Source of the DNA: Gemmatimonadota bacterium
GTDB taxonomy: Bacteria > Gemmatimonadota > Gemmatimonadetes > Gemmatimonadales > GWC2-71-9
DNA: 20,312 nucleotides
Reading direction: 5' to 3'
Assembly (NCBI GenBank): GCA_039586365.1
Contig: JBDHKN010000100.1
Coordinates: 1 to 20,312, forward strand
Below the pieces are notes generated by a model that worked only from the letters and a program-made list of their open reading frames with translations, had not been told where the DNA came from and did no database searches. Position numbers and translations under genes: made by a program. The stretch's first letter is position 1; every line of letters starts with the position of its first letter. Positions 1 through 8,468 of this stretch are shown in pieces.

Positions 1-866
1 TTGGATTGCCCCATCCTCTCTCCCGCGCGCACGATGGTCGAGAACTCCCGCTCCCGGCCGATGAGCTCCGCCACTAACTCATCGGGTCTCTCGACATCGG
101 TTGATGCATCTGGGGCACACTGTTCGCGAGCCGCCCTCACTAGAGCCCTGGTCGCAGGTTCCATCCCTTGTCGTTCTGACTCCAGTAGGTGCTCTAGAGC
201 GTCGGCCTCCACTGCGGCCGTCACCCGATCGCCGGCTGAGAGATGTGATTCGATGACGAGTCGCCATCCCAGCTGGTGTTGGAGATCCAGCTCCCTTACC
301 CGGCGAGCCAATTTTTGTGCTTCACGGAATCTCGCTTCCGACAGCGAGTTGCGAACCACAACTTCGGCGGCACGTACGAACGTCCTCCTGAGTCTACGGC
401 GTTCCAGATCAGCCCACTGTTCAAACTCGGCACCGCCAGGCGCTGCAAACCGAGGCAAGAAATCTCCCTGGTAGATGCGGACTGCCGCTTCCAAGTCGCC
501 CTGTTCGACGGCTTGCAGAAACGAGTCACGGTCAGATTCAATCGGGATCACGAGTGCGATCTTGCCGCCTGCGGAGTCCAGGGCATCATTGCCGATGCGC
601 TGCCGCACGTGCCAGATCGCTTGGCTGAGCGCATGCTTAGCGGAGACGGGGTCTTGGTTGGCCCACAACAGGTCGATGAGGTGTTCGCGAGTGGCGCTCC
701 GGCCGGGAGAGAAAGCCAGATAGGTGATCAGGGCCAGGTGCTTGCCAGACCCAAGTAGCTTGGTAGGGTCACGTCTCTCGTCCACCCTGTGGAGCGCTTC
801 ATCCCCCGAAGTCGCAAGAATCAGGGTGCCGCGAACTGGTTCATCTGTACGGTCTACGTTCGTCAT
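1..866 (-). CDS. SARP/AfsR-type transcriptional regulator (winged-helix + BTAD domain, probably continuing into an ATPase domain); runs off the window edge
   Basis: Not in the ORF track because it has no stop codon in the window. Manual translation from ATG 866 is open to the edge: MTNVDRTDEPVRGTLILATSGDEALHR...GKHLALITYLAFSPGRSATREHLIDLLWANQDPVSAKHALSQAIWHVRQRIG...AAVRIYQGDFLPRF...EFEQWADLERRRLR...LIGREREF. LITYLA...RE.L.DLLW, Y.GDFL and FE.W...ER..L are SARP/BTAD hallmarks. LIGRERE resembles the start of an AAA ATPase module. Confidence 0.85.
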   Translation of the reverse strand, partial: MTNVDRTDEPVRGTLILATSGDEALHRVDERRDPTKLLGSGKHLALITYLAFSPGRSATREHLIDLLWANQDPVSAKHALSQAIWHVRQRIGNDALDSAGGKIALVIPIESDRDSFLQAVEQGDLEAAVRIYQGDFLPRFAAPGGAEFEQWADLERRRLRRTFVRAAEVVVRNSLSEARFREAQKLARRVRELDLQHQLGWRLVIESHLSAGDRVTAAVEADALEHLLESERQGMEPATRALVRAAREQCAPDASTDVERPDELVAELIGREREFSTIVRAGERMGQS

Positions 867-1270
867 CTGATGAGCATCTGACAGGGAGTTCCCATACTGT
901 CACGTAAGACCGACTAGGATTCCCCAGCCGCCGCTCGTGAGGCGTACCTCGTTGTGGGCGTCACCGCACAAGTTACGGCCTCCGCAGGTCGGCCTGCAAG
1001 GCGTCCTGTGTGTGGCTGGGGGAGCAGTTCTCAGGGGCGAACTTTGTGGCGAGCATCTCGATCGCCTCCGCTACATCCGCGGGGCGTGAGCGGAGCCCGG
1101 CTGTATCAACATGCATGCCGGCGCCGACTGCACGATCCGGTTCCGACCGCGCTCAGCTGACTTCCGGCGGTGCCACAAACGTGCGGGCGCCCGGCGCGAG
1201 GGCAATTGGCTCAGATCACCGCATGGGATTGTAGTGTAAGCGGCCCCAAATGGTTTCGGAGGATGCTGCC

Positions 1271-1505
1271 ATGAAACGCATAAATGTCTTATCCGTCCTT
1301 GCCACCTTGATTGTGACGGCATGTCAGGACATGCCCACGCAACACGGGCTTGAGGGTATAGCGCCGCTCGCATCCATCTCGGATGCCGTGCACGAGCAGG
1401 GAAACCTGCACTTCTTTTTCCTTCCGCCCATGGTCCCACAACCCGCACATGCGGGCACATTCGACGGATCCCTTGAGCCGGTGGTTGAGATCTGTGTAGA
1501 GCATA
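1271..1505 (+). pseudogene. N-terminal remnant of a secreted lipoprotein
   Basis: MKRINVLSVLATLIVTAC is a lipoprotein signal (lipobox VTAC), followed by ISDAVHEQGNLHFFFLPPMVPQPAHAGTFDGSLEPVVEIC. After about 1500 the frame reads as the antisense of another gene and ends at 1684. Confidence 0.55.
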
Positions 1506-1760
1506 GTCGGGCTGGGAAGGGTCCTCATGAGCACGGCGGCGCTGTGACTGCCACCTGGCAAGCTTCTGCCGAAACACGGCTCCCCTTGCCGTCATGGCCA
1601 CATATGCCACGATGCAAAAGACAACGGCCGCAACCCAATACGCTCCCCCCGCGAGTCTGCCGAGAACGAGCACGACGGCCATGATGAGCAGAAACGCCAG
1701 GATGGTCACCGCGAACCGGCGCACCGATTTCCTAATGCTCGTGTGCTGTTCCCTAGCCAC
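1500..1760 (-). CDS. Small two-helix membrane protein, probably C-terminally truncated or fused (part of ORF 1071..1919)
   Basis: Basic N-terminus (IRKSVRR), then two hydrophobic segments FAVTILAFLLIMAVVLVLG and AYWVAAVVFCIVAYVAMTA. Beyond about 1500 the ORF is the antisense of the lipoprotein remnant. Boundaries are approximate. Confidence 0.4.
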
Positions 1761-2058
1761 CGAAGTCCACCGTCCCTCTAGTGTCGTCGGATCGTCGGTT
1801 TGCTTTCTCACCGCGAACCCGTGTGTCCACGCTGTCCGTGGCCTGCTACATCGCTGCCCCCCAAGACCCGGAAGCCCGCCGTGCCGGGATCGGCGCACTA
1901 CATACTCCCCGTCTGGCAATTGCCCTCATTAAACATACAGGGGCCAAGCCCATCTGCGGCTTGCTCGACGTCTCCTCTCGAATCGGCGAACGTACCATCG
2001 TCGGAGGTCGAGTGACAGGAACGCAACGATGAAATGTCAGTCACCTCTTCCTGCGGGA

Positions 2059-2709
2059 TTAGATATTGAGTTCAATTTGCTCGAGCAGGGTGCTGCGGGC
2101 GAGATCATCCGAGGTCACGTTCCCTGACCCCTCGGCCGGTAACAGCTCTATGCCGGCGTCTGCGTAGGCATCATAGATCAACCTACTGCACCACAGGCGG
2201 TTCCTCTCGAATCTGAGCAGCGGTTTCTTGAGTCCTAGTAGTCTGGCAGGAATGTTGGTGACCAGGGCGGCACGATCCAGTTTCCTGCCTTTGAGCCGCA
2301 GTGCTGCTGCAACCACCTCTTTTCGTTTGCGCCGAGTAAGGTAAGGGACGCGGTAGAGAGAGTAGCGATCAGGCTCGTACACTTTCCTGGGAACAGGGTC
2401 GATAGTCACGCCCTGCCGCGTGGTAGTGTGGAGGATCTTGCCTTCACCCACATACAACATGCTGTGAACGTATTGGGCCCCCAGCACCAGGCGGTGAAGC
2501 AGGGGAATGGGTGAGAGATGGAGAGTACGAGGGCTGGCGAGTAGGACGTCGGCATCCAGCAGGGCGGAGATTGCTAGAATTCGGCGCCACTGCCCGGTAA
2601 GGCGTTGGATCTTGTCTCTAGCCCACTGCCACGCCGCCGCGCATGTTTGCCTCACGCGCTCCAAGGTCTCACGGATCTTTGGTTGCCAGAACCGCTGTGT
2701 TTCCTCCAT
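2059..2709 (-). CDS. YiiX/YebB-like permuted papain-like (NlpC/P60 superfamily) cysteine hydrolase
   Basis: Permuted order, His before Cys: DADVLL...YVHSMLYVGEGKILH...GV...YRV...AALRLKGRKLD...LWCSRLIYDAYADAGIEL...VTSDDL. The start ATG overlaps IS6-derived sequence and has no RBS, so the N-terminus may be altered. Confidence 0.8.
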   Translation of the reverse strand: MEETQRFWQPKIRETLERVRQTCAAAWQWARDKIQRLTGQWRRILAISALLDADVLLASPRTLHLSPIPLLHRLVLGAQYVHSMLYVGEGKILHTTTRQGVTIDPVPRKVYEPDRYSLYRVPYLTRRKRKEVVAAALRLKGRKLDRAALVTNIPARLLGLKKPLLRFERNRLWCSRLIYDAYADAGIELLPAEGSGNVTSDDLARSTLLEQIELNI

Positions 2710-3362
2710 TGATCATCAGTCAAGCGGTCTGGCTGTATCACCGATTCTGCCTGAGCTTCCGCGATGTTGAGGACCTCTTGGCAGAGCGGGGAGTCATCGT
2801 CTCCCACGAAACGGTCCGGCAGTGGTGTCGCAAGTTCGGAGTCGGGTACGCTCGGGACCTCCGACGCAGGTATGGTCGCAAGGGAGACGTTTGGCACTTG
2901 GATGAACTCTTCGTGAACATACAAGGCAAGCGCCACTATGTCTGGCGGGCTGTCGACCAGGATGGAGATGTGATCGACATCCTCGTTCAGAAGCATCGAA
3001 ATGCCCACGCGGCCAGGCGGTTCTTTCGCAAGCTCCTGAAGGGGCAAGGAAGCGAACCGTGGCAGCTGGTGACAGACAAGTTGAGGAGCTACGCAACAGC
3101 GCACAGGAGTGTCATGCCTTCCGTGGACCACGACACGCGACAGTATGCCAACAATCGGGCTGAAGTGTCGCATCAACCAACCCGACAACGAGAACGTTTG
3201 ATGCGAAGGTTCAAATCAGCTGGACAAGCGCAGCGATTTCTGTCGGTTCACGGAGTGGTTCAGAACCTCTTCAGGCTGGGGCGGCATCTACTGCGGTCAG
3301 CACACTACCGGCTGTTGCGCAGCCGGTCCTTCCACCGATGGCTCGAAGTAACGGGCGTCTAG
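2700..3362 (+). pseudogene. IS6-family DDE transposase lacking its extreme N-terminus
   Basis: FPPLIISQAVWLYHRFCLSFRDVEDLLAERGVIVSHETVRQWCRKFG...WHLDELFV...WRAVDQDG.VIDIL...VTDKLRSY...NNRAEVSHQPTR are IS6 motifs. No recognisable native start or left IR upstream. Confidence 0.9.
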
Positions 3363-3407
3363 TACTCACACCCCAAACGCCGCCGACCTAGTTCACGGCG
3401 ATCCGCA

Positions 3408-3423
3408 TTACGTTGACAATGCC
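3408..3423 (-). repeat. Right terminal inverted repeat of the IS6 element
   Basis: The reverse complement reads GGCATTGTCAACGTAA, about 45 bp after the transposase stop. It fits the GGCA(C/T)TGT-type ends of IS6. Confidence 0.8.
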
Positions 3424-3454
3424 GTGAAGTCCCCCTGATCCGGAGTCGCCACCG

Positions 3455-4258
3455 ATGAAGTATCCGAAGCGCAGCCAGTACCAGTATGCGAAATCTCCAT
3501 ACCGGATTCGCAACTGGACTGAGTACGAGGCAGGCTTACGCAGACGAGGCGACCTCACCGTCTGGCTTTCCGACGAGGCTGTCAACTTCTGGCGGGCCCG
3601 ACCCAGCGGCAAGCCCGGTGGCCAACGCACTTACGCGAACATCGCGATTGAGGCGGCGCTGACGATCCGCATGATCCTTCACCTCCCGCTCCGACAGACC
3701 GAAGGCTTCCTGCGTTCCCTGGCAGACATGCTTAAGGTGGAGCTCCCCATTCCCGACCACACGACGCTGTCCCGGCGGCTCAAGACGCTCGGTGAGATCC
3801 CGTTTCGTGCGGTCGCGAGCCATCGGCCTATCCACCTGCTCATCGACAGCACCGGCCTCAGGATTTACGTCGGCAATCTGCGGAAACCACCGAAACACAG
3901 GGCCTGGCGGAAGCTGCACCTTGCGGTCGACGCAGGCACTGGCGAGGTCGTCGCCTCGGATCTGACCGGTCGCCGAACGCATGATTGCGCTCGGGTTCCC
4001 GCCTTGCTCGGGCAGATCGACAATCGAGTGGCCTCCGTCTCTGCAGATGGTGCCTACGACACCGAGGGTGTCTATGAGGCCGCTCAGGCGCAGGGTGAGG
4101 GACGAGCCGTGTGCGTGCGCATCCCACCTCGACGCGACGCGCAGCTGCGTCCAAGACCGTCGGCCGCGTTGATAGAGGGGAATCAGCGCGACCCTGGGCC
4201 TAGCCACCGTTGGGGGACAGGCGGACGAGTGTCGACGAGACCCGCGCCCAGCTGGTGA
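3455..4258 (+). pseudogene. IS5-family (IS903 group) transposase, C-terminally truncated
   Basis: YRIRNWTEYEAGLRRRGDLTVWL, LPLRQTEGF, PDHTTLSRR, LIDSTGL, WRKLHLAVD, ADGAYD and IPPR are present. Similarity stops at about 4185, before the expected Y-x2-R-x3-E-x6-K catalytic motif. Confidence 0.88.
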
Positions 4259-4419
4259 GGGGTCCAGCAGGAGACTCGCGATACTCAGAATGATGAAGCC
4301 TCGAGAGCCGCGAGACGCCCGGTCACTGGCAGACCGCTGGACCCACACGCTGGCCCCGCTGCGAGTCATCAGCGGGGCTAGCATGTGGACTCCCCTTGGC
4401 AAAGACCGCCCGTAGATGA

Positions 4420-5364
4420 CTAGGGGAGGACGAGGTCAGGGAAGTTCGTCGCGTTCGCCAACGCTGCATAGAGGTTCTGAAGGTCGGAGACATCCGTGAC
4501 CAGGCCTGGGGTCATCCCCGTCCCGGCTTCACCGAACTTCGCCTTGAACCACGCTTCGTTGGGCTTCTCGCGCACGAACTGCCCTAGACTCCTACCACCC
4601 AGGTCATGCGTGGTGCCGTCAACTCCGTGACATCCCTCGCACACGCTAGTATATAGCGCCTGGCCGGCAGCTTCGTCCCCGAGCGCTCCGACATTGCTGT
4701 AAGTGATCGTCGGTGCTACGACCTCAGGGGGATCGACCGAGTAATTGACGTACATGGCCGGGCCGGTCACCTCGATGTCATAAAGCAGGTTGGGAGCGAC
4801 CCACTCCTCGCGCATGAACTTCATGATGTTCCACACCTGCTCCGGGGTGAGGTACGGAGAGTAGTCCGGATGCGTGTTGTCCCGCGCGTCTATGTCGCGC
4901 GCCCCCGTATGAACGACCAGATCGAACAGCCCCTGATATGTCTGGTTTGCGGGAGTGCTGCGCAGATTGACCCAGGCAACATCCGGCCGCGAGGCTGTCA
5001 GCGTACTCTGTCCGGTCCGATTGGCGTACGACGCTGCATTGCCCATGCCGTCCCACGCATGACACGCCTTACACCGATAGAAATCGGCCTCGGCTGTCGT
5101 GGTCGGCTGCGTGCCGCTGCCCCCGGCATCCGTGGTCCACCACTTGGCGTAGGCCGCGCCACCGAGAATACCGTCCGCCGCGGTGTACTGTGCGGGTACC
5201 GGACCAGGAAAGTCCACTCCGTCTAGACCGTCTTGCCCGTCGGCTCCGTCCTGGCCGTCCATCCCGTCGGTGCCATTGATGCCGTCCGCGCCGGCACATC
5301 CGGTCGCCATCACGACCGTGAAGGACGCGAGACAAAGCAGTCCCACTGCTCGCTTCAGACTCAT
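4420..5364 (-). CDS. Diheme c-type cytochrome lipoprotein with collagen-like N-terminal stalk
   Basis: Signal peptide ending MATGC (Cys23), nine G-X-(D/N) triplets, and heme motifs CKACH and CEGCH. GAGAGGA RBS upstream of the ATG. Confidence 0.85.
   Translation of the reverse strand: MSLKRAVGLLCLASFTVVMATGCAGADGINGTDGMDGQDGADGQDGLDGVDFPGPVPAQYTAADGILGGAAYAKWWTTDAGGSGTQPTTTAEADFYRCKACHAWDGMGNAASYANRTGQSTLTASRPDVAWVNLRSTPANQTYQGLFDLVVHTGARDIDARDNTHPDYSPYLTPEQVWNIMKFMREEWVAPNLLYDIEVTGPAMYVNYSVDPPEVVAPTITYSNVGALGDEAAGQALYTSVCEGCHGVDGTTHDLGGRSLGQFVREKPNEAWFKAKFGEAGTGMTPGLVTDVSDLQNLYAALANATNFPDLVLP
5212..5292 (-). repeat. Collagen-like 9-bp/tripeptide repeat (GAD GIN GTD GMD GQD GAD GQD GLD GVD)
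   Basis: Read directly from the translation; ccgtc recurs every 9 nt on the + strand. Confidence 0.9.
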
Positions 5365-5494
5365 GGGGTCCTCTCAAGGTTTGTAGTAAAACGCCACCTG
5401 CCCGGACACAGGGGGATCCCTGGTTCCGCCGGAAGCAGCAGCCCTCCGCTGCTTCGCCCCCACGTTCGTGGGGGAGCGACTTCCACCCGAGGGA

Positions 5495-5510
5495 AGCACG
5501 CAACGTGCCG
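5495..5510 (-). promoter_or_regulatory. sigma54 -24/-12 promoter for the collagen-stalk cytochrome gene
   Basis: The minus strand reads CGGCACGTTGCGTGCT: GG-N10-GC with a GGCACG core, about 130 bp upstream of ATG 5364. Confidence 0.7.
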
Positions 5511-5581
5511 TTTCTTGCCAAGCCTAAGTCGCTATTCTACAACGCGTTATGGCCGCTGTGCCAGGTGCGGCCATGAGGCGA

Positions 5582-5620
5582 CGGGGGCAAATCCCCAAAA
5601 AGCATGGGGCATTTCACCAC
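5582..5620. promoter_or_regulatory. Putative tandem upstream activator (bEBP) binding sites, copy 1
   Basis: cgggggcaaatccccaaaaagcatggggcatttcaccac contains two imperfect palindromes and closely matches 14105-14142. Confidence 0.6.
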
Positions 5621-5924
5621 CGTGCGGAGTCCGGATGGCGTCGCTGGACCCTGATCTCTCTTCTGGCCGCTGGGGTCAAGGACCACGTACGGCCCACCCT
5701 CGTTCCCGGTCCCTTAAGCGCAACCAGCGCGGACCAGGCCGGTCTGCAGATCGTGGTTGGGAGGGACCCGCCAAAACGCGCTTCTGCAGCTACCGGAGGA
5801 CGCGCAGGAGTAAATGAGCTGGAACGGCCCAAGAACTCATGCAAGCCGAGGTTCGGCCTGCTGCTGCACCGCTCCTTCCCCCCTATGGCGCCCCCGCCCC
5901 CGCTGCGATCAGGTTCTGCGTCCG

Positions 5925-7151
5925 TCAGGGGCTCCTGGCCAGCGATTCGAGGAAGGCCACCAGGTCAGCCATCTCACCAGCCGTGAAGACCGGCCAAGTG
6001 CCCACTTGGCCAACTGCCTCATCGTCTGGCGGGGGGTGGTTCCACAATGCTGCGGCCGCTGCCGCAGGCGTATGGAAAGACCTCGCCTCAGCGATGTCCG
6101 CCGCGGTCCTTGCGCCCCTGCCGTTCAGTGAGTGGCAGCCCAAGCACCCCTTGTCCCGCAGGAGCCCTCGTCCCCTTTGCGGGTCTCCGGATTGAGCGAA
6201 GTACTTGATAGAATAGAGGTAGCCGACCAGGTCAGTCATCTCCTCGGGTCTGAGCTGCGGGACCGAGATATCCCATTCCTGCATCGCCTGGATCATGCGC
6301 GGCGCCTTGTTCCACATCGCCGCGGCGAACGCGAGCAGGCTGCGATGCTCTGCGCGCTCCACCAGATCCGGCCCCAACCCACCGCCTCCCACAGGGTGGC
6401 AAGTGATGCAGCCTTTCTCGGTGAACACCCTACGTCCGTCACCGGCGAGACCGGGCATGACATGGAGCGGCGCCATCGGTACTCTCAGCGAGTCCGACTC
6501 GAGGTAGGCAATGATGTCGGTCAGCTCGGCAACTGTGAATCGAGGGCGAGGGATTTCTCTGGCCCGCATCGCCTCGCTCATGGCGGGTCCATGATTCCAC
6601 ATTGCCGCCGCGACCTGCATGGGTGCCACGAACTGACCCTGGTAAGCCCGGAGGTCCAGGTCTGGACCGACCACCCCACCGACACCTCCGGCCCGGTGGC
6701 ATGTGATACAGTGCTTTTGCTCGAACAGTCGTTCGCCTCTGACGATGTCGCCGGCAGGATCGAAGTAGTCGAATGTGTACAGAAAGGCTACGAGATCGCC
6801 GGTCTCCTCCGCAGTGAGGTGAGGTTGCTCGATGCCGAGCTCGCGCATCCGCTTGACCATGCCGGGTCGGTGATTCCACATCGTGGCCACAAGATCATAG
6901 AAAGTCCGCGCGCGGGGAAAGCGTGCGAGGTCCGGACCCTCCGTACCCCCGAGGCCGTTTATCGCGTGGCACTTCACGCAGCCCTTGGACCCGTACACCT
7001 GAGCGCCGTGCGATGCGTTCTGTGTCGGTTGCGACCGTATGACTTGTCCGATTAGCGGGTCCAGAGGCGCGCATGGAACGGTGATGAAGCAGACCGCTAC
7101 TGCTGCGGCTCGATAGCCGCGGTGGAGCCCAGTCGAAAAGTTGATTCTCAT
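5925..7151 (-). CDS. Tetraheme c-type cytochrome made of four repeated monoheme 'WNH' domains (paralog B)
   Basis: CVKCH, CITCH, CITCH and CLGCH, each followed by a W-N-(H/K) segment (MWNH, MWNH, MWNK, LWNH) and a P-x-(L/F)...D-(L/I)-x-x-(F/Y)-L helix. Start moved to ATG 7151 because of the GGGAGG RBS and signal-like MRINFSTG...AAAVAVCF. Confidence 0.88.
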   Translation of the reverse strand: MRINFSTGLHRGYRAAAVAVCFITVPCAPLDPLIGQVIRSQPTQNASHGAQVYGSKGCVKCHAINGLGGTEGPDLARFPRARTFYDLVATMWNHRPGMVKRMRELGIEQPHLTAEETGDLVAFLYTFDYFDPAGDIVRGERLFEQKHCITCHRAGGVGGVVGPDLDLRAYQGQFVAPMQVAAAMWNHGPAMSEAMRAREIPRPRFTVAELTDIIAYLESDSLRVPMAPLHVMPGLAGDGRRVFTEKGCITCHPVGGGGLGPDLVERAEHRSLLAFAAAMWNKAPRMIQAMQEWDISVPQLRPEEMTDLVGYLYSIKYFAQSGDPQRGRGLLRDKGCLGCHSLNGRGARTAADIAEARSFHTPAAAAAALWNHPPPDDEAVGQVGTWPVFTAGEMADLVAFLESLARSP

Positions 7152-7253
7152 GCTCCGGCCCTCCCATAAGGGATGTCGTGTCGCGACAATATCATAGAGG
7201 TCAATCAGTCGAGACGCAGGCCGTCTCAAAGTGTTGCGACGACTGACGGACCG

Positions 7254-8468
7254 CTATCGTCCCTTGGCAGCCAGAGCCCTCAGATAGACCGAGAGATCCC
7301 TCATCTCGTCGTCCTCAAAGCGCGGCCAATCTACTTCCGCCGACTGGATCTGGTCATACATGGCAGGTGCGTGGTCCCACATCGCCGTCGCCAGCCCAAG
7401 GGGCGTTAGCACGGCTTGCGACTCAGAGAGGTCGGGCCCGATAGAGGATTGACCGTCCCTTGAATGGCAACCCACGCACCCCTTCTGCACGAAGAGCAGG
7501 TGCCCCATTCCTGCGTCGCCTTCTGTGTCGTAGAAGCGGAGATAATAGAGAAAGGCTATCACGTCGGCCATTTCGGTGCCCCGGAAGCGCGGAAATGCCA
7601 CACCTCTGGCCAGCATTGCTGCCGCCATCCGCGACGAGTGGTTCAACAGCCCGCCGGCAATCTCGGAGACACGGAGTTGTTGAGTCGCTGCGCGTAGATC
7701 CGGTCCAGATGCGGTTCCACGACCGTCGGTTCCATGGCACTGCACACACCCCTTCGATGCGAACAGCCGCTGGCCGCGGCTGGGGTCCGGAGGTTGCAGC
7801 AGTACGACATCACGACCCTGCATCCTCGAGGCACTTCTGATATACGCCTGCATGTCCGCAATCTCTCCACCGACATAGGTCGGCATCGGCACTCCCAGGG
7901 AGGATTGCTGTTGCTGCATAACTGGTCCGTGGTTCCAGAGACCCTGGGCCAGGGTGACGGGAGCTATGTAGCGAGCGTACCCGTCGAGCGGGGGGCCGAT
8001 CCGTCCACCCCTCCCACCGAGCGCATGACATTGTTCGCAGCGCAAGTCGGTGAACCAGCGCTCGCCGAGATCGGGGTCGCCCGGTTCATCGAACAGCTTC
8101 ACGTAGTAGATGTAGCTGATGATGTCAGCGAGATCTGCCTCGGAGAACGTCGGCCACTCCACCCCACGCTCTCGCACTGTCTCGATCATCCGGGGCGTGT
8201 GGTTCCAGAACACGCCTGCTAGCTGTTGTAGGCTGCGACCGGCCCCGACGACCGCGAAATCTGGTCCGAGCGTACCGCCATTGCCCCATATCGAATGGCA
8301 GCGTGCGCAGCCCCGTTCGAGAAAGATCTGACGACCTGAGGCGGGATCTCCGCTGAAAGACGGAGCGGCCTGCGCTGCGGTGTCCAGGTTCCCGACTGCG
8401 CACGACAACAGGAGGGCTCCGAACGTCTTGAGCAGCCACGGCAGTCTCATGTGAGAGGCAAGGCTCAT
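7254..8468 (-). CDS. Tetraheme c-type cytochrome made of four repeated monoheme 'WNH' domains (paralog A)
   Basis: Sec-type signal; CARCH, CEQCH, CVQCH and CVGCH; FWNH, LWNH, LLNH and MWDH. ATGA overlap with the NrfD-family gene stop suggests translational coupling. Confidence 0.88.
   Translation of the reverse strand: MSLASHMRLPWLLKTFGALLLSCAVGNLDTAAQAAPSFSGDPASGRQIFLERGCARCHSIWGNGGTLGPDFAVVGAGRSLQQLAGVFWNHTPRMIETVRERGVEWPTFSEADLADIISYIYYVKLFDEPGDPDLGERWFTDLRCEQCHALGGRGGRIGPPLDGYARYIAPVTLAQGLWNHGPVMQQQQSSLGVPMPTYVGGEIADMQAYIRSASRMQGRDVVLLQPPDPSRGQRLFASKGCVQCHGTDGRGTASGPDLRAATQQLRVSEIAGGLLNHSSRMAAAMLARGVAFPRFRGTEMADVIAFLYYLRFYDTEGDAGMGHLLFVQKGCVGCHSRDGQSSIGPDLSESQAVLTPLGLATAMWDHAPAMYDQIQSAEVDWPRFEDDEMRDLSVYLRALAAKGR

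Noticed and set aside
1..758. Plus-strand ORFs 1..474, 276..758 and 475..723
   Set aside because: Antisense shadows of the minus-strand SARP/BTAD gene, which has clear family motifs.
5212..5292. Periodic ccgtc repeats as a CRISPR or non-coding tandem array
   Set aside because: The 9-bp period is fully explained by G-X-D codons. I saw no repeat-spacer structure or cas genes anywhere in the window.
5549..6195. Plus-strand ORFs 5549..5986, 5814..6131 and 5839..6195, and other long antisense ORFs across the operon
   Set aside because: No recognisable motifs or RBS. They overlap regulatory DNA or well-supported opposite-strand genes, as is typical of GC-rich sequence.
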